40,102 nt of DNA from an uncultured Ruminococcus sp. (GTDB lineage Bacteria > Bacillota > Clostridia > Oscillospirales > CAG-272): assembly GCA_964542035.1 (NCBI GenBank), contig CAZISZ010000001.1, positions 1-40,102 on the forward strand, written 5' to 3'. Under the pieces are notes generated by a model. That model was not told the DNA's origin and ran no database searches. It was given only the letters and a program-made list of their open reading frames with translations. Made by a program: the position numbers and the translations under genes. This document shows positions 8,378-17,257 of the stretch, one piece after another (the first letter of the stretch is position 1; each line of letters starts with the position of its first letter).

Positions 8378-8887
8378 ATGCAGGATGAGAGCAAAAACCG
8401 AAAAAATACCGACATAGGCGCGAGCCGTGCGGAATGCGATGACTCAATGCCGACCTCGATGCTGATCGGCAGATGCGCGCGCATGCATATGAATATTATG
8501 CGCAACACCGAGCCGCCGGGTTCGGCAATGGCTCAAAACAGCAGCCGCGCGATAATGCGTGCGCTTACGCATGAGGACGGAATATCCCAGCTGGAGCTGT
8601 CACGTCGAACGGGGCTAAAACCCCCGACGGTGAGTGTGGCGCTTGGAAAAATGGAGCGCGAGGGGCTTATTTGCCGATGCGTGAACGAAAACGACGGCAG
8701 AGAGGTGCGTGTGCTTTTGACCGACGCCGGGCGCGCGCTTGAGGCGGAAACGCAGGATCGGCTGCGCCGCGCCGACGCCGCCGCCATGCGCGACGTTACG
8801 CCCGATGAGGAGGCGGAGTTGCGGCGTATACTTATTAAGATCAAAAACGCCCTCGCCGAGAACGAAAACACATCGGATCCGCAATGA
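8378..8887 (+). CDS. MarR family transcriptional regulator
   Basis: The winged-HTH region LELSRRTGLKPPTVSVALGKMEREGLI..NDGREVRVLLTDAGRAL is typical of MarR. AAAGGAG RBS is present. Confidence 0.85.
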   Translation: MQDESKNRKNTDIGASRAECDDSMPTSMLIGRCARMHMNIMRNTEPPGSAMAQNSSRAIMRALTHEDGISQLELSRRTGLKPPTVSVALGKMEREGLICRCVNENDGREVRVLLTDAGRALEAETQDRLRRADAAAMRDVTPDEEAELRRILIKIKNALAENENTSDPQ

Positions 8888-9033
8888 TAACGTGCGGAAT
8901 ACAACTGCCGATTGCGATGTTACGGGTATATTATCGGTAACCGCAAAAAGATCGGCGTTGCTCATTTAACGATACGGTATTTCCCTTTTTAATGAAAAGA
9001 AAGGCGGCTCCGACGCGGAGTCGAACAAAAACA

Positions 9034-10860
9034 ATGAAAAAACTGATCAAATACCTAAAGCCTTACAGCCTTTACGCTGTCATATCGCCCATTATGATGG
9101 CATGCGAGGTGTTGGCTGACCTGCTTTTGCCTTTTTTGACGTCCTACATCGTCAACTACGGCATTATGGGCATAGCTCTCGACGACCCCGAAAACGGTTC
9201 TCGTGTGGCGGCGTGGATAGTGCGCACATTTTGCGGCGAAGCTCCCACCTCGATGCAAATGATCGTTACATTCGGTCTTTTAATGCTCGGCATAACGCTG
9301 GTAGGCGGTACTTTCGGTACTTTGTGCGCATATACCGCCGCACGTGCTTCGCAGGGATTCGGAAACGATCTGCGTTGCGACGCTTACCGCCGCATTATGG
9401 CGCTGTCTGTAGAGCAGACGGATAAATTCACAACGGGATCGCTCGTTACGCGTATGACCAACGATGTTACCCGACTTGTGGAACTGGTTGAATCGATACT
9501 GCGGATGTTCGTTCGCGCCCCCGCCTTTTTTATCGGCGGTACGATAATGTTGCTTGTGCTGAACGTGGATTTCGGTTTTGTATTGCTTTGCTCCCTGCCG
9601 ATTTTGCTTGTGGCTGTAATTATAATCCTTAAAAAGGCGATACCCATGTTCGGCGAAATGCAGGTGAGACTTGACCGAGTGAACTCGGTTGTGCAGGAGG
9701 ATGTTTCCGGCGCGCGTGTGATCAAGGCATATGTGCGCGAGGATTACGAATGCGAGCGTTTTGACAGTGCCAACCGTGATCTTTGCGACACAAACCGCCG
9801 CGTTATGTCGCTTATGGCGTATTTCTCTCCCATTTTGAACCTCATCCTCAACTTCTCCGTTATTGCGCTGTTCCTTATCGGCGGCACTCGCATAAGCGCG
9901 GGCGTTGCGGGCATGAGTTCGGGTACGATAATGGCGGGCATTACCTATGTTACGCAGGTGATATTCTCGTTGATGCAGGTGGCAATGATGTTCCAAAACT
10001 TCTCCCGCGCCGCGGCGTCTGCCGAACGCGTTACGGCAATACTCGATTCCGATCCCGTAGTGCTCGGCGGCGATATTGACGATCATTTGCCGAATTGTTC
10101 CGCCGAGACTCCAGCCGTTGAACTTAAAAACGTAAGCTTCAGCTATCCCGGCACCCACGGCAAGCCCGTGCTTTCGGGTATCGACCTTTCGATAAAGCGC
10201 GGAGAGACTGTTGCCGTTATCGGCGCCACGGGTTCGGGAAAATCCTCCCTTTGTAAGCTTCTTATGCGTTTTTACGACCCCACCGAAGGTGAGATATTCA
10301 TCGACGGTCGCCCGATAAAGAATTATACCCTGCGCGCATTGCGCCGAAAATTTGGGTTTGTTATGCAAAAAAGCGTTTTGTTTTCGGATACCATTGCAAA
10401 CAATATCCGTTGGGGAAAGCCGAACGCCGACGCGGATGAGGTGAGAGCCGCCGCAACGATCGCTCAAGCGGATCAATTTATAGGAGACTTCAGCGACGGA
10501 TACGACACATTTGTTGCCGAAAAAGGCGCCTCCCTTTCCGGAGGACAAAAACAGCGCGTTTCGGTTTCTCGCGCGCTTGTGCGCCATCCCGAGATACTGA
10601 TACTCGACGATTCCACATCGGCGCTCGACCTTGCAACCGAGGCGCGTTTGCGCTCGGCGCTGCATAAGTCTCTTGCGGATACCACAGTTATAATGGTGGC
10701 GCAAAGGATCGCCAGCGTGCGCGACGCCGATCGTATAGCGGTTATAGAAAACGACGGCAGTATACGTCATTTTGCGCCGCATGACGTGCTGATGCGCGAG
10801 AGCGAGACATATCGCGATATATATGATTCGCAAATGCAAAAGAACGCGGAGGATAACTGA
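9034..10860 (+). CDS. ABC exporter permease/ATPase, heterodimer subunit with degenerate NBD motifs
   Basis: Six-TM exporter domain plus NBD. Motifs are Walker A GATGSGKSS, signature LSGGQKQR, Walker B ILILDD with D in place of the catalytic E, and H-loop MVAQR with Q in place of H. The start could also be ATG 8992. Confidence 0.85.
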   Translation: MKKLIKYLKPYSLYAVISPIMMACEVLADLLLPFLTSYIVNYGIMGIALDDPENGSRVAAWIVRTFCGEAPTSMQMIVTFGLLMLGITLVGGTFGTLCAYTAARASQGFGNDLRCDAYRRIMALSVEQTDKFTTGSLVTRMTNDVTRLVELVESILRMFVRAPAFFIGGTIMLLVLNVDFGFVLLCSLPILLVAVIIILKKAIPMFGEMQVRLDRVNSVVQEDVSGARVIKAYVREDYECERFDSANRDLCDTNRRVMSLMAYFSPILNLILNFSVIALFLIGGTRISAGVAGMSSGTIMAGITYVTQVIFSLMQVAMMFQNFSRAAASAERVTAILDSDPVVLGGDIDDHLPNCSAETPAVELKNVSFSYPGTHGKPVLSGIDLSIKRGETVAVIGATGSGKSSLCKLLMRFYDPTEGEIFIDGRPIKNYTLRALRRKFGFVMQKSVLFSDTIANNIRWGKPNADADEVRAAATIAQADQFIGDFSDGYDTFVAEKGASLSGGQKQRVSVSRALVRHPEILILDDSTSALDLATEARLRSALHKSLADTTVIMVAQRIASVRDADRIAVIENDGSIRHFAPHDVLMRESETYRDIYDSQMQKNAEDN

Positions 10861-10861
10861 A

Positions 10862-12733
10862 ATGGCAGAAACAAAAAATCAAACGGCACAAACACAGGAA
10901 GCGCCCCGCGTTGATTTTCGTCCGGGACCGGGCGGTCGCGGCGGCAGAGGTCCCCGCATGAATGCGGAAAAACCCAAAAACGCCAAAAAAACGCTGGTTC
11001 GTCTTGCCAAATATATCGGCAAGAGCAGAGTGATACTTATCGCTATCGTGGCGCTGACGATAATTGTGGCGCTTACCGACCTTGTCGGACCCAAACTTCA
11101 GCAGTTGGCGATAGACACTATCAGCGTCATCGACGGTCGCGTAACCGTGGATCTTGAGGCAATGCTTACATATCTTGCGATAATGGGCGTATTCTTTATC
11201 ATAAGCGCGGCTCTTACTTTTATTCAAGAGCGCCTCTCGGTAAGACTTTCCACTTCAACGGTATATATAATGCGCCGCGAACTTTTTGAAAAAATTTCAC
11301 GTTTGCCGATCAAATACACCGATACTCACCGCCACGGCGACATAATGAGCCGTATGACCAACGATATCGATAACGTATCCTCGGCGATATCGCAATCGCT
11401 TACTTCCCTGTTCTCCGGTGTTATTACAATTGTCGGTGCCGTTGTTATGATGCTTTATTTCAGCCCCGCCGTAACACTGGTGGCAATAATTACCATACCA
11501 CTGACAATACTTGTTACATCGGTGCTTTCCAAATTCATGCGTCGTTACTTTGTTCGTCAGCAATCATTGCTTGGACAGCTTAACGGTCAGGTGGAGGAAA
11601 TGGTTACGGGGTACACTACGGTCATATCCTACGGCAAAGAGCCGGAGGCTGTGGAAAAATTTGCTGCAATTTCTGAGGAATTTTGCAATTGTTCGGTAAG
11701 CGCGCGCGTTTGGGGCTCGATAATGGGACCTGTTATGAACTTTATCGGAAACCTGCAATATGTTTTGGTTGCCGGATTCGGCGGATTTTTAATGCTCGGC
11801 GGCAGCGGGATCACTGTGGGTTCCATACAGGCGATGCTTCAGTACTCCAAAAAGCTTTCTCGCCCCATTAACATGATAGCCAACCAATATTCGGCGATTC
11901 TTACCGCTTTGGCAGGTGCCGAGCGTATATTTGACATTCTCGATACTCCGGATGAGATAAACGAGGGGGATAATGCGGTTAATGCCGCCGATATCCGAGG
12001 CGATATAGACTTTGAACATATCGATTTCTCCTATGTGGAGGGTGAGCGCGTGCTGAAAGATCTCTCGCTTTCGGTGCAACCGGGACAAAAAATAGCGATA
12101 GTCGGCGCAACCGGGTCGGGCAAAACGACGATAGTGAACCTGCTTACGCGTTTTTACGAGCTTGACGGCGGCAGAATTACGATAGACGGTATAGATATTA
12201 CGGATATTCCCAAGGAGACCCTGCGCCGCGCGATAGCGATAGTGCTTCAGGATACCGTACTGTTTTCGGATTCGATACGTCAAAACATCAAATACGGACG
12301 ACTTGACGCAACGGACGACGAAATGCGCGCCGCAGCCGCGACCGCACGCGCCGATACATTTATCGAACGTCTGCCGGACGGATACGATACTGTGCTTGCC
12401 GAATCGGGAAGTAATCTTTCCGAGGGGCAGCGTCAGCTGCTTGCCATTGCTCGCGCCGTTCTTGCCGATCCCAAAATACTCATTCTCGATGAGGCGACAT
12501 CTTCGGTCGATACCCGCACCGAGATGCATATTCAGGATGCTATGAACGAATTAATGAAGAATCGTACCTCCCTTATAATTGCGCACAGACTTTCGACCAT
12601 CCGCAACGCGGACAGAATAGTTGTTCTCTCGCACGGTGAGATTGTTGAAACCGGTACGCATGACGAACTGCTTGCTCGCGGCGGAGAATATTCAAAGCTT
12701 TATGCCAGCCAGTTTGCGGGCATAGCAACCTGA
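10862..12733 (+). CDS. ABC exporter permease/ATPase, heterodimer subunit with canonical Walker B/H-loop but LSEGQ signature
   Basis: ATG 10862 sits 1 nt after the upstream stop, with a GGAGGA RBS. Motifs are Walker A GATGSGKTT, signature LSEGQRQ, Walker B ILILDEATS and H-loop IIAHRLST. Confidence 0.9.
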   Translation: MAETKNQTAQTQEAPRVDFRPGPGGRGGRGPRMNAEKPKNAKKTLVRLAKYIGKSRVILIAIVALTIIVALTDLVGPKLQQLAIDTISVIDGRVTVDLEAMLTYLAIMGVFFIISAALTFIQERLSVRLSTSTVYIMRRELFEKISRLPIKYTDTHRHGDIMSRMTNDIDNVSSAISQSLTSLFSGVITIVGAVVMMLYFSPAVTLVAIITIPLTILVTSVLSKFMRRYFVRQQSLLGQLNGQVEEMVTGYTTVISYGKEPEAVEKFAAISEEFCNCSVSARVWGSIMGPVMNFIGNLQYVLVAGFGGFLMLGGSGITVGSIQAMLQYSKKLSRPINMIANQYSAILTALAGAERIFDILDTPDEINEGDNAVNAADIRGDIDFEHIDFSYVEGERVLKDLSLSVQPGQKIAIVGATGSGKTTIVNLLTRFYELDGGRITIDGIDITDIPKETLRRAIAIVLQDTVLFSDSIRQNIKYGRLDATDDEMRAAAATARADTFIERLPDGYDTVLAESGSNLSEGQRQLLAIARAVLADPKILILDEATSSVDTRTEMHIQDAMNELMKNRTSLIIAHRLSTIRNADRIVVLSHGEIVETGTHDELLARGGEYSKLYASQFAGIAT

Positions 12734-12746
12734 TTTGATTTACTTA

Positions 12747-13568
12747 ATGCCTACATTTGACTGCACAGAGGCAGATCGCGCAAGATTTTGCGCGATCTGC
12801 CGTGACATGCTAATGGCTCAACGTCGGGGATATCGCGGCTACGGAGAGGATGGTGACGGTGACCATGTGGGTCTGCTTGCCGAAAAACGAATGCACGCCG
12901 CAATAAAGCGTTTTATCTGTCCGGATATCTCATATCACGAGCAAAGGGTTGCGGCGTCGGCTCCTGGAACTAAAAAATATGTTGCCGATGTCCTTTGCGG
13001 GGACGAGATATACGAAATACAAACGGCGGGCTTTTATCCGTTGCAAAATAAACTGCAATGGTATGCCGATAACACCGACTATCACGTAACGATAGTACAT
13101 CCCATGGCGGTGCGGCGTCGAATAGTGCGAATTGATCCGGAAAGCGGAGTGGCAACGCCGTCGGCGCGGCTTGCACCCGCCAAACGCCCGATAAGTATAC
13201 TTTCCGAGCTTGTTTATATTTCCGAGTTGATCGCAGCAGGACGTGTCGGGGTGCGAATATTGTTGATAGAAGCGGAGGAATACCGCGTGGTAGGTGTTAA
13301 TCCTCGGCGCGGCAGAAAAAAGGAATCTCGCTTTGAGCTATTGCCGACAGACCTTTTGGGCGAGATAACGCTTGAATTGCCCGAAGATTTTACCGAGCTG
13401 TTGCCTGCCACCGTCCCCGACGAGTTCACGGGTACGGATTTTGCCAACGTTGCGCGTTTGCCGTCCCGCCAAGCGTATATGGCGGTGCACGCACTTGAAA
13501 ACATCGGTGTGATAACCTGCACCGATCACGGCAGACCGAAAAAGTACAAGATTGCAGGTGACGCATAG
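12747..13568 (+). CDS. hypothetical protein with CoiA-like PD-(D/E)xK nuclease-type motifs and a possible C-terminal wHTH
   Basis: The ORF begins 1-13 nt after the ABC stop (TTG 12735 or ATG 12747). The stretch EKRMHAAIKRF...YVADVL..DEIYEIQT resembles the H..K / D / E-x-Q pattern of CoiA-type nucleases. The fold call is by eye only. Confidence 0.55.
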   Translation: MPTFDCTEADRARFCAICRDMLMAQRRGYRGYGEDGDGDHVGLLAEKRMHAAIKRFICPDISYHEQRVAASAPGTKKYVADVLCGDEIYEIQTAGFYPLQNKLQWYADNTDYHVTIVHPMAVRRRIVRIDPESGVATPSARLAPAKRPISILSELVYISELIAAGRVGVRILLIEAEEYRVVGVNPRRGRKKESRFELLPTDLLGEITLELPEDFTELLPATVPDEFTGTDFANVARLPSRQAYMAVHALENIGVITCTDHGRPKKYKIAGDA

Positions 13569-13626
13569 TATATATATAATAATGAAGCTTTTCGCTAAGG
13601 CGAAAAGCTTCATTATTATATATATA
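13569..13626. terminator. perfect 27-bp stem / 4-nt loop palindrome (likely strong, possibly bidirectional terminator)
   Basis: TATATATATAATAATGAAGCTTTTCGC-TAAG-GCGAAAAGCTTCATTATTATATATATA. It starts 1 nt after the stop at 13568. Confidence 0.7.
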
Positions 13627-13631
13627 GCATT

Positions 13632-13647
13632 TGTTTCACGTGGAACA
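13632..13647. other. parS: parS site 1 (TGTTTCACGTGGAACA)
   Basis: Both half-sites fit the TGTTNCAC half of the Firmicute parS consensus TGTTNCACGTGAAACA. Confidence 0.9.
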
Positions 13648-13668
13648 TGACGATTTGTCAGGGTTTTA

Positions 13669-13684
13669 TGTTCCACGTGGAACA
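13669..13684. other. parS: parS site 2 (TGTTCCACGTGGAACA, perfect palindrome)
   Basis: Perfect 16-bp palindrome matching the parS half-site consensus. Confidence 0.9.
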
Positions 13685-13702
13685 ACCGAAAAAGCGAAAT
13701 AA

Positions 13703-13718
13703 TGTTTCACGTGAAACG
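13703..13718. other. parS: parS site 3 (TGTTTCACGTGAAACG)
   Basis: 15/16 match to TGTTNCACGTGAAACA. Confidence 0.8.
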
Positions 13719-13762
13719 CGGAGCCTTTTAGCGAAAAAATCATTAGTGGTCACAAAAAGGGG

Positions 13763-13791
13763 TTGAAATAGAAGTCGCTTCATGCTATAAT
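13763..13791 (+). promoter_or_regulatory. sigma-A promoter of parA-parB (TTGAAA-17 nt-TATAAT, TGc extended -10)
   Basis: TTGAAA at 13763-13768, TGC at 13783-13785, TATAAT at 13786-13791. It is preceded by AAAAAGGGG. Confidence 0.7.
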
Positions 13792-13841
13792 AATGTAAGA
13801 GTAATCAATGCGCCTCGGCTGTGGTGAAAGGATCGGTTTTT

Positions 13842-14636
13842 ATGGGTAAGATAATATCATTTGCAAATCAAAAAGGCGGTGTGGGAAAAACCACTTCTGC
13901 CGTAAACGTTGCCGCGTCGCTCGGCGTTTTGGGCAAGCGGGTACTCCTTGTAGATCTTGACCCGCAGGGTAACAGCACAAGCGGAGTGGGGATTATGAAA
14001 AAAGGGCTTCGCCACACGGTGCGCGACTTGTTGCTTTCCGATGGCAACGACGGTACATGTTCCGCCGCGGCGGACGGAGCCGCAAAAACGGCGGCTGTAG
14101 AGACGAAATTTCGTGGACTCACCGTCATTCCCTCAACTATCGCTCTTGCCGGCGCGGAATTTGATCTGTTTTCGCTTGATGACGGCGAGTATGCGCTTAA
14201 ACGCTCGCTTGACGCGGTGCGCGATGACTACGATTATATCATAATCGACTGTCCTCCCTCGCTCGGAATGCTTACCGTTAATGCGCTCAGCGCTTCCGAC
14301 GGTGTGGTTATTCCCATGCAATGCGAATTTTACGCGCTTGAGGGGCTTTCGCAGTTAATGATCACCATAGGGCGTATCCGTCAGCGCTATAATAAGCCGC
14401 TCGGTATCACGGGAATACTTATTACAATGTATAACGGGCGCCTGTTGCTCACTTCGCAGGTTATAGGCGAACTGAAAAAACATTACTATGAAAAGCTCTT
14501 CTCCACAGCCATTTCGCGCGGCGTGCGGCTTTCTGAAGCACCGTCATTCGGAATGCCGGTTTACTACCATGACAAGAGTTGCAAGGGCGCAACGGAATAT
14601 TTGGATGTTGCGCGCGAACTGGTAGAGCGCATATAA
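13842..14636 (+). CDS. parA: ParA/Soj chromosome partitioning ATPase
   Basis: Deviant Walker A in NQKGGVGKTTS, then LLVDLDPQGN and IIIDCPPSLG. I prefer ATG 13842 over the track's GTG 13821. Confidence 0.92.
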   Translation: MGKIISFANQKGGVGKTTSAVNVAASLGVLGKRVLLVDLDPQGNSTSGVGIMKKGLRHTVRDLLLSDGNDGTCSAAADGAAKTAAVETKFRGLTVIPSTIALAGAEFDLFSLDDGEYALKRSLDAVRDDYDYIIIDCPPSLGMLTVNALSASDGVVIPMQCEFYALEGLSQLMITIGRIRQRYNKPLGITGILITMYNGRLLLTSQVIGELKKHYYEKLFSTAISRGVRLSEAPSFGMPVYYHDKSCKGATEYLDVARELVERI

Positions 14637-14708
14637 ACGACGAAATTAGGTAATAACAATGGAAAGGTGACGCCGGTGCTGAGTCGGCAACTTAAAACGG
14701 TGATAAAA

Positions 14709-15614
14709 ATGGCAAATCGAAAAGGACTTGGGCGTTCGTTTACGTCAATGCTTGAGGATAATCTTATGGAGGAACCCAAGGGAGGGGTGCGTTCCCTGCC
14801 GCTCTCGGATATAGAACCGAATCGCGGACAGCCGCGCCGAGATTTTGACGAGGAGGCTTTGGAGGCTTTGGCGGCTTCTGTCTCGGAACTTGGAGTGCTT
14901 CAACCTATAATTGTAACGGAAATTGCGGACGGATCGGGAACTTATCGCATAATTGCGGGTGAGCGTCGTTGGCGCGCGGCTCGAATTGCCGGGCTTTCCG
15001 AGATACCCGCGGTGGTGTTTGATGGCACAGAGCTTGCCGAAGCGCAGGTCGCGCTTGTTGAGAACATTCAGCGGCGGGATCTGACCGCGGTTGAGGAGGC
15101 GCTTGCCTATCGCGGACTTATAGAGCGTTTTGGACTTACGCAGGACGAGGTTGCGGACAAAGTGGGAAAAAGTCGCCCTACGGTGACAAATCTGCTGCGT
15201 TTACTCGAACTTCCGGACGAAGTGCTTGAAATGATAGCGGACGGAAGACTCTCGATGGGGCATGCGCGCGCGATATTGGGGCTTGCCGATCATTCCGATG
15301 AAGCAAGGGTGGCGCTTGCGACAGAGGTTGCGGAGGCTGAACTGTCGGTTCGCGAGACAGAGCGACGTGTAAAGCTCTTAAACGCGCCGAAAAAGGAGAA
15401 AAAGCCGAAATCGGTGCGAGACGAGCAGACCGCAGCTTATTATGCCGAGCTTGAAAGCCGATCTATGCGATTGCTCGGACGCCGAGTTAAGATCAACGAC
15501 AACGGTGACGGCAAGCGCAAACTCGAACTGACATATGAGAGCGCGGACGATCTTGCCGAGCTGCTTTTAAAACTTTGCGGTCCCGAGATATTTGACGAGT
15601 CCGCAGGCGTATGA
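14709..15614 (+). CDS. parB: ParB/Spo0J chromosome partitioning protein (CTP-dependent clamp family)
   Basis: N-terminus MANRKGLGRS, arginine patch IIAGERRWRAA, and HTH LTQDEVADKVGKSRPTVTNLLRLLEL. Alternative starts are GTG 14667 and GTG 14676; the latter has a GGAAAGG RBS 8 nt upstream. Confidence 0.9.
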   Translation: MANRKGLGRSFTSMLEDNLMEEPKGGVRSLPLSDIEPNRGQPRRDFDEEALEALAASVSELGVLQPIIVTEIADGSGTYRIIAGERRWRAARIAGLSEIPAVVFDGTELAEAQVALVENIQRRDLTAVEEALAYRGLIERFGLTQDEVADKVGKSRPTVTNLLRLLELPDEVLEMIADGRLSMGHARAILGLADHSDEARVALATEVAEAELSVRETERRVKLLNAPKKEKKPKSVRDEQTAAYYAELESRSMRLLGRRVKINDNGDGKRKLELTYESADDLAELLLKLCGPEIFDESAGV

Positions 15615-15654
15615 CTGCGACTCGGATAACTGTATATATATAATAGGAAGAAAA

Positions 15655-16320
15655 ATGAATCATAAAGTCATATTTTCGGTGCTTTCGGACGCGGAAATGC
15701 CGACCCTGCGCGAACTTATCGATGAGCTTTTCGCGCTTGACCTTGACAGTTATGACAACCTCGGATTCACCTCCACCACATTTTCCGGACTTCGCGGAAT
15801 AATAATAGCGCTTTTTATCGGCGCCATCATCGGCGGCGTGGCTTCGCTTTTTAATAAGCGTGTGCTCGGCGAGTTTATTCGCGCCGTTACATCGGAGGGA
15901 TGCAACTCACCCGAGAACGCAAAAACACTTGCCGAACTCGGATTCCTTAAAAATTCCGCGGTACGGTCGTCTCTTCGGTCGGACAGAGTGCTCGGTCGCG
16001 TTGTCAGATGCGTTGAGGAGGACAGATATGAGGCGGAGATGTTTGAGAGGCGCGTGATATGGGAACTTCGTGCCGCAGAGGACGGCGACGAGGTTAAGCC
16101 ATTTCGCGCAATTCCATATAAGCGCGATATGAACACGGCGCATTTTTATATTCCCGCCGATAAATGCGGCGAGGCGGAGACGCGTTTCGGCAAAAAAGGC
16201 ACAAACCCCGCGGTGCTTATTATCGGCATCTTAGCCATGGTACTGCTTTTGTGGGCGGTAATGCGCCTGCTTCCGGATCTTTTTCAGATGCTTGATAATT
16301 TTGTTGGAATAATGGGCTGA
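15655..16320 (+). CDS. hypothetical membrane protein (two predicted TM segments)
   Basis: ATG 15655 has an AGGAAG RBS. Hydrophobic segments are GLRGIIIALFIGAIIGGVASLF and AVLIIGILAMVLLLWAVM. I recognise no family. Confidence 0.6.
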   Translation: MNHKVIFSVLSDAEMPTLRELIDELFALDLDSYDNLGFTSTTFSGLRGIIIALFIGAIIGGVASLFNKRVLGEFIRAVTSEGCNSPENAKTLAELGFLKNSAVRSSLRSDRVLGRVVRCVEEDRYEAEMFERRVIWELRAAEDGDEVKPFRAIPYKRDMNTAHFYIPADKCGEAETRFGKKGTNPAVLIIGILAMVLLLWAVMRLLPDLFQMLDNFVGIMG

Positions 16321-16348
16321 AGCTCACCTTTCGGAAGGATGGTTTATA

Positions 16349-17245
16349 ATGGCAACTAACACAGGTAAAAACAATTCCGCACAGACTAAAAAGAGCAGCG
16401 GTCGTTCAAAGTCGGGCGGCGGCGGCAAAAAGTATTATCGCCGCCCGCACAAGCTCACTTTCGGTGTGCGAGCGTTCATATCGCTTATGGTCGCGATACT
16501 TGTAATTTTGGTGGCAATCGTTGCGGCGTACTACAGCGGTTGGCGCTATGTAACGGTCGGACGTGAGGACGGCGAGATAGTTCGCTTTTTCGGCAGGGTC
16601 AGAGCTTCCGACGAACGTCCGATATCAGGTTGGGTGTTTTATTCCGGCGGCATCAGCGCGCGCATCAACACAGAGACGGGAATGATAGAATATTCCAACA
16701 GTGCGGTGTATCTCGGAGATATGGTTAATTTTTACCGCGAAGGGACCGGCACTCTGAAGCTTAAAAACGGAGACGAATACACCGGCGAGTTCAAAAATGA
16801 CGTTATCACCGGGTACGGTGTGTATAAATTCTCAAACGGCGACGTTTATGAGGGAGAGTTCATAGCGGGAGTTAAAGAAGGGTACGGCAAATACACTTAT
16901 GCCGACGGCAGCGTTTATGAAGGCTATTTTGCCGGAGATCTTCGTCACGGCGAAGGCAAAATGACGTGGACTGACGGCAGTGTTTACGAGGGCAGCTACA
17001 AATTCGGGCTTAAGAGCGGTCACGGAAGTTACACTTACGCAAACGGGGATACGTATGTGGGCGATTTTGAGGAAGACATGCGTCAGGGCGAGGGCGTGTA
17101 CACGTGGACTTCTGAGGGTGAGCAGTACAGCGGCAGTTTTCGTTCGGACAATATGCACGGATACGGCACATACACATGGAGCGAGGGACGCAAGACCTAC
17201 TCGGGATATTTTGAAAACGGCAAGATAGTTGCCGTGGAACCTTGA
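16349..17245 (+). CDS. membrane-anchored MORN repeat protein
   Basis: Basic N-terminus plus a TM segment (ISLMVAILVILVAIVAAYY), followed by about 7 tandem 23-aa YxGxFxxxxxxGxGxxxxxxGxx repeats. Confidence 0.8.
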   Translation: MATNTGKNNSAQTKKSSGRSKSGGGGKKYYRRPHKLTFGVRAFISLMVAILVILVAIVAAYYSGWRYVTVGREDGEIVRFFGRVRASDERPISGWVFYSGGISARINTETGMIEYSNSAVYLGDMVNFYREGTGTLKLKNGDEYTGEFKNDVITGYGVYKFSNGDVYEGEFIAGVKEGYGKYTYADGSVYEGYFAGDLRHGEGKMTWTDGSVYEGSYKFGLKSGHGSYTYANGDTYVGDFEEDMRQGEGVYTWTSEGEQYSGSFRSDNMHGYGTYTWSEGRKTYSGYFENGKIVAVEP

Positions 17246-17257
17246 AAGGAGAAAATC

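Noticed and set aside
13338-13685. 115-aa minus-strand ORF starting MFHVEHKTL...
   Set aside because: Its start lies inside the parS palindromes; FHVE is just TTCCACGTGGAA read as codons. It then runs antisense through the 27-bp hairpin and the upstream CDS, so it is spurious.
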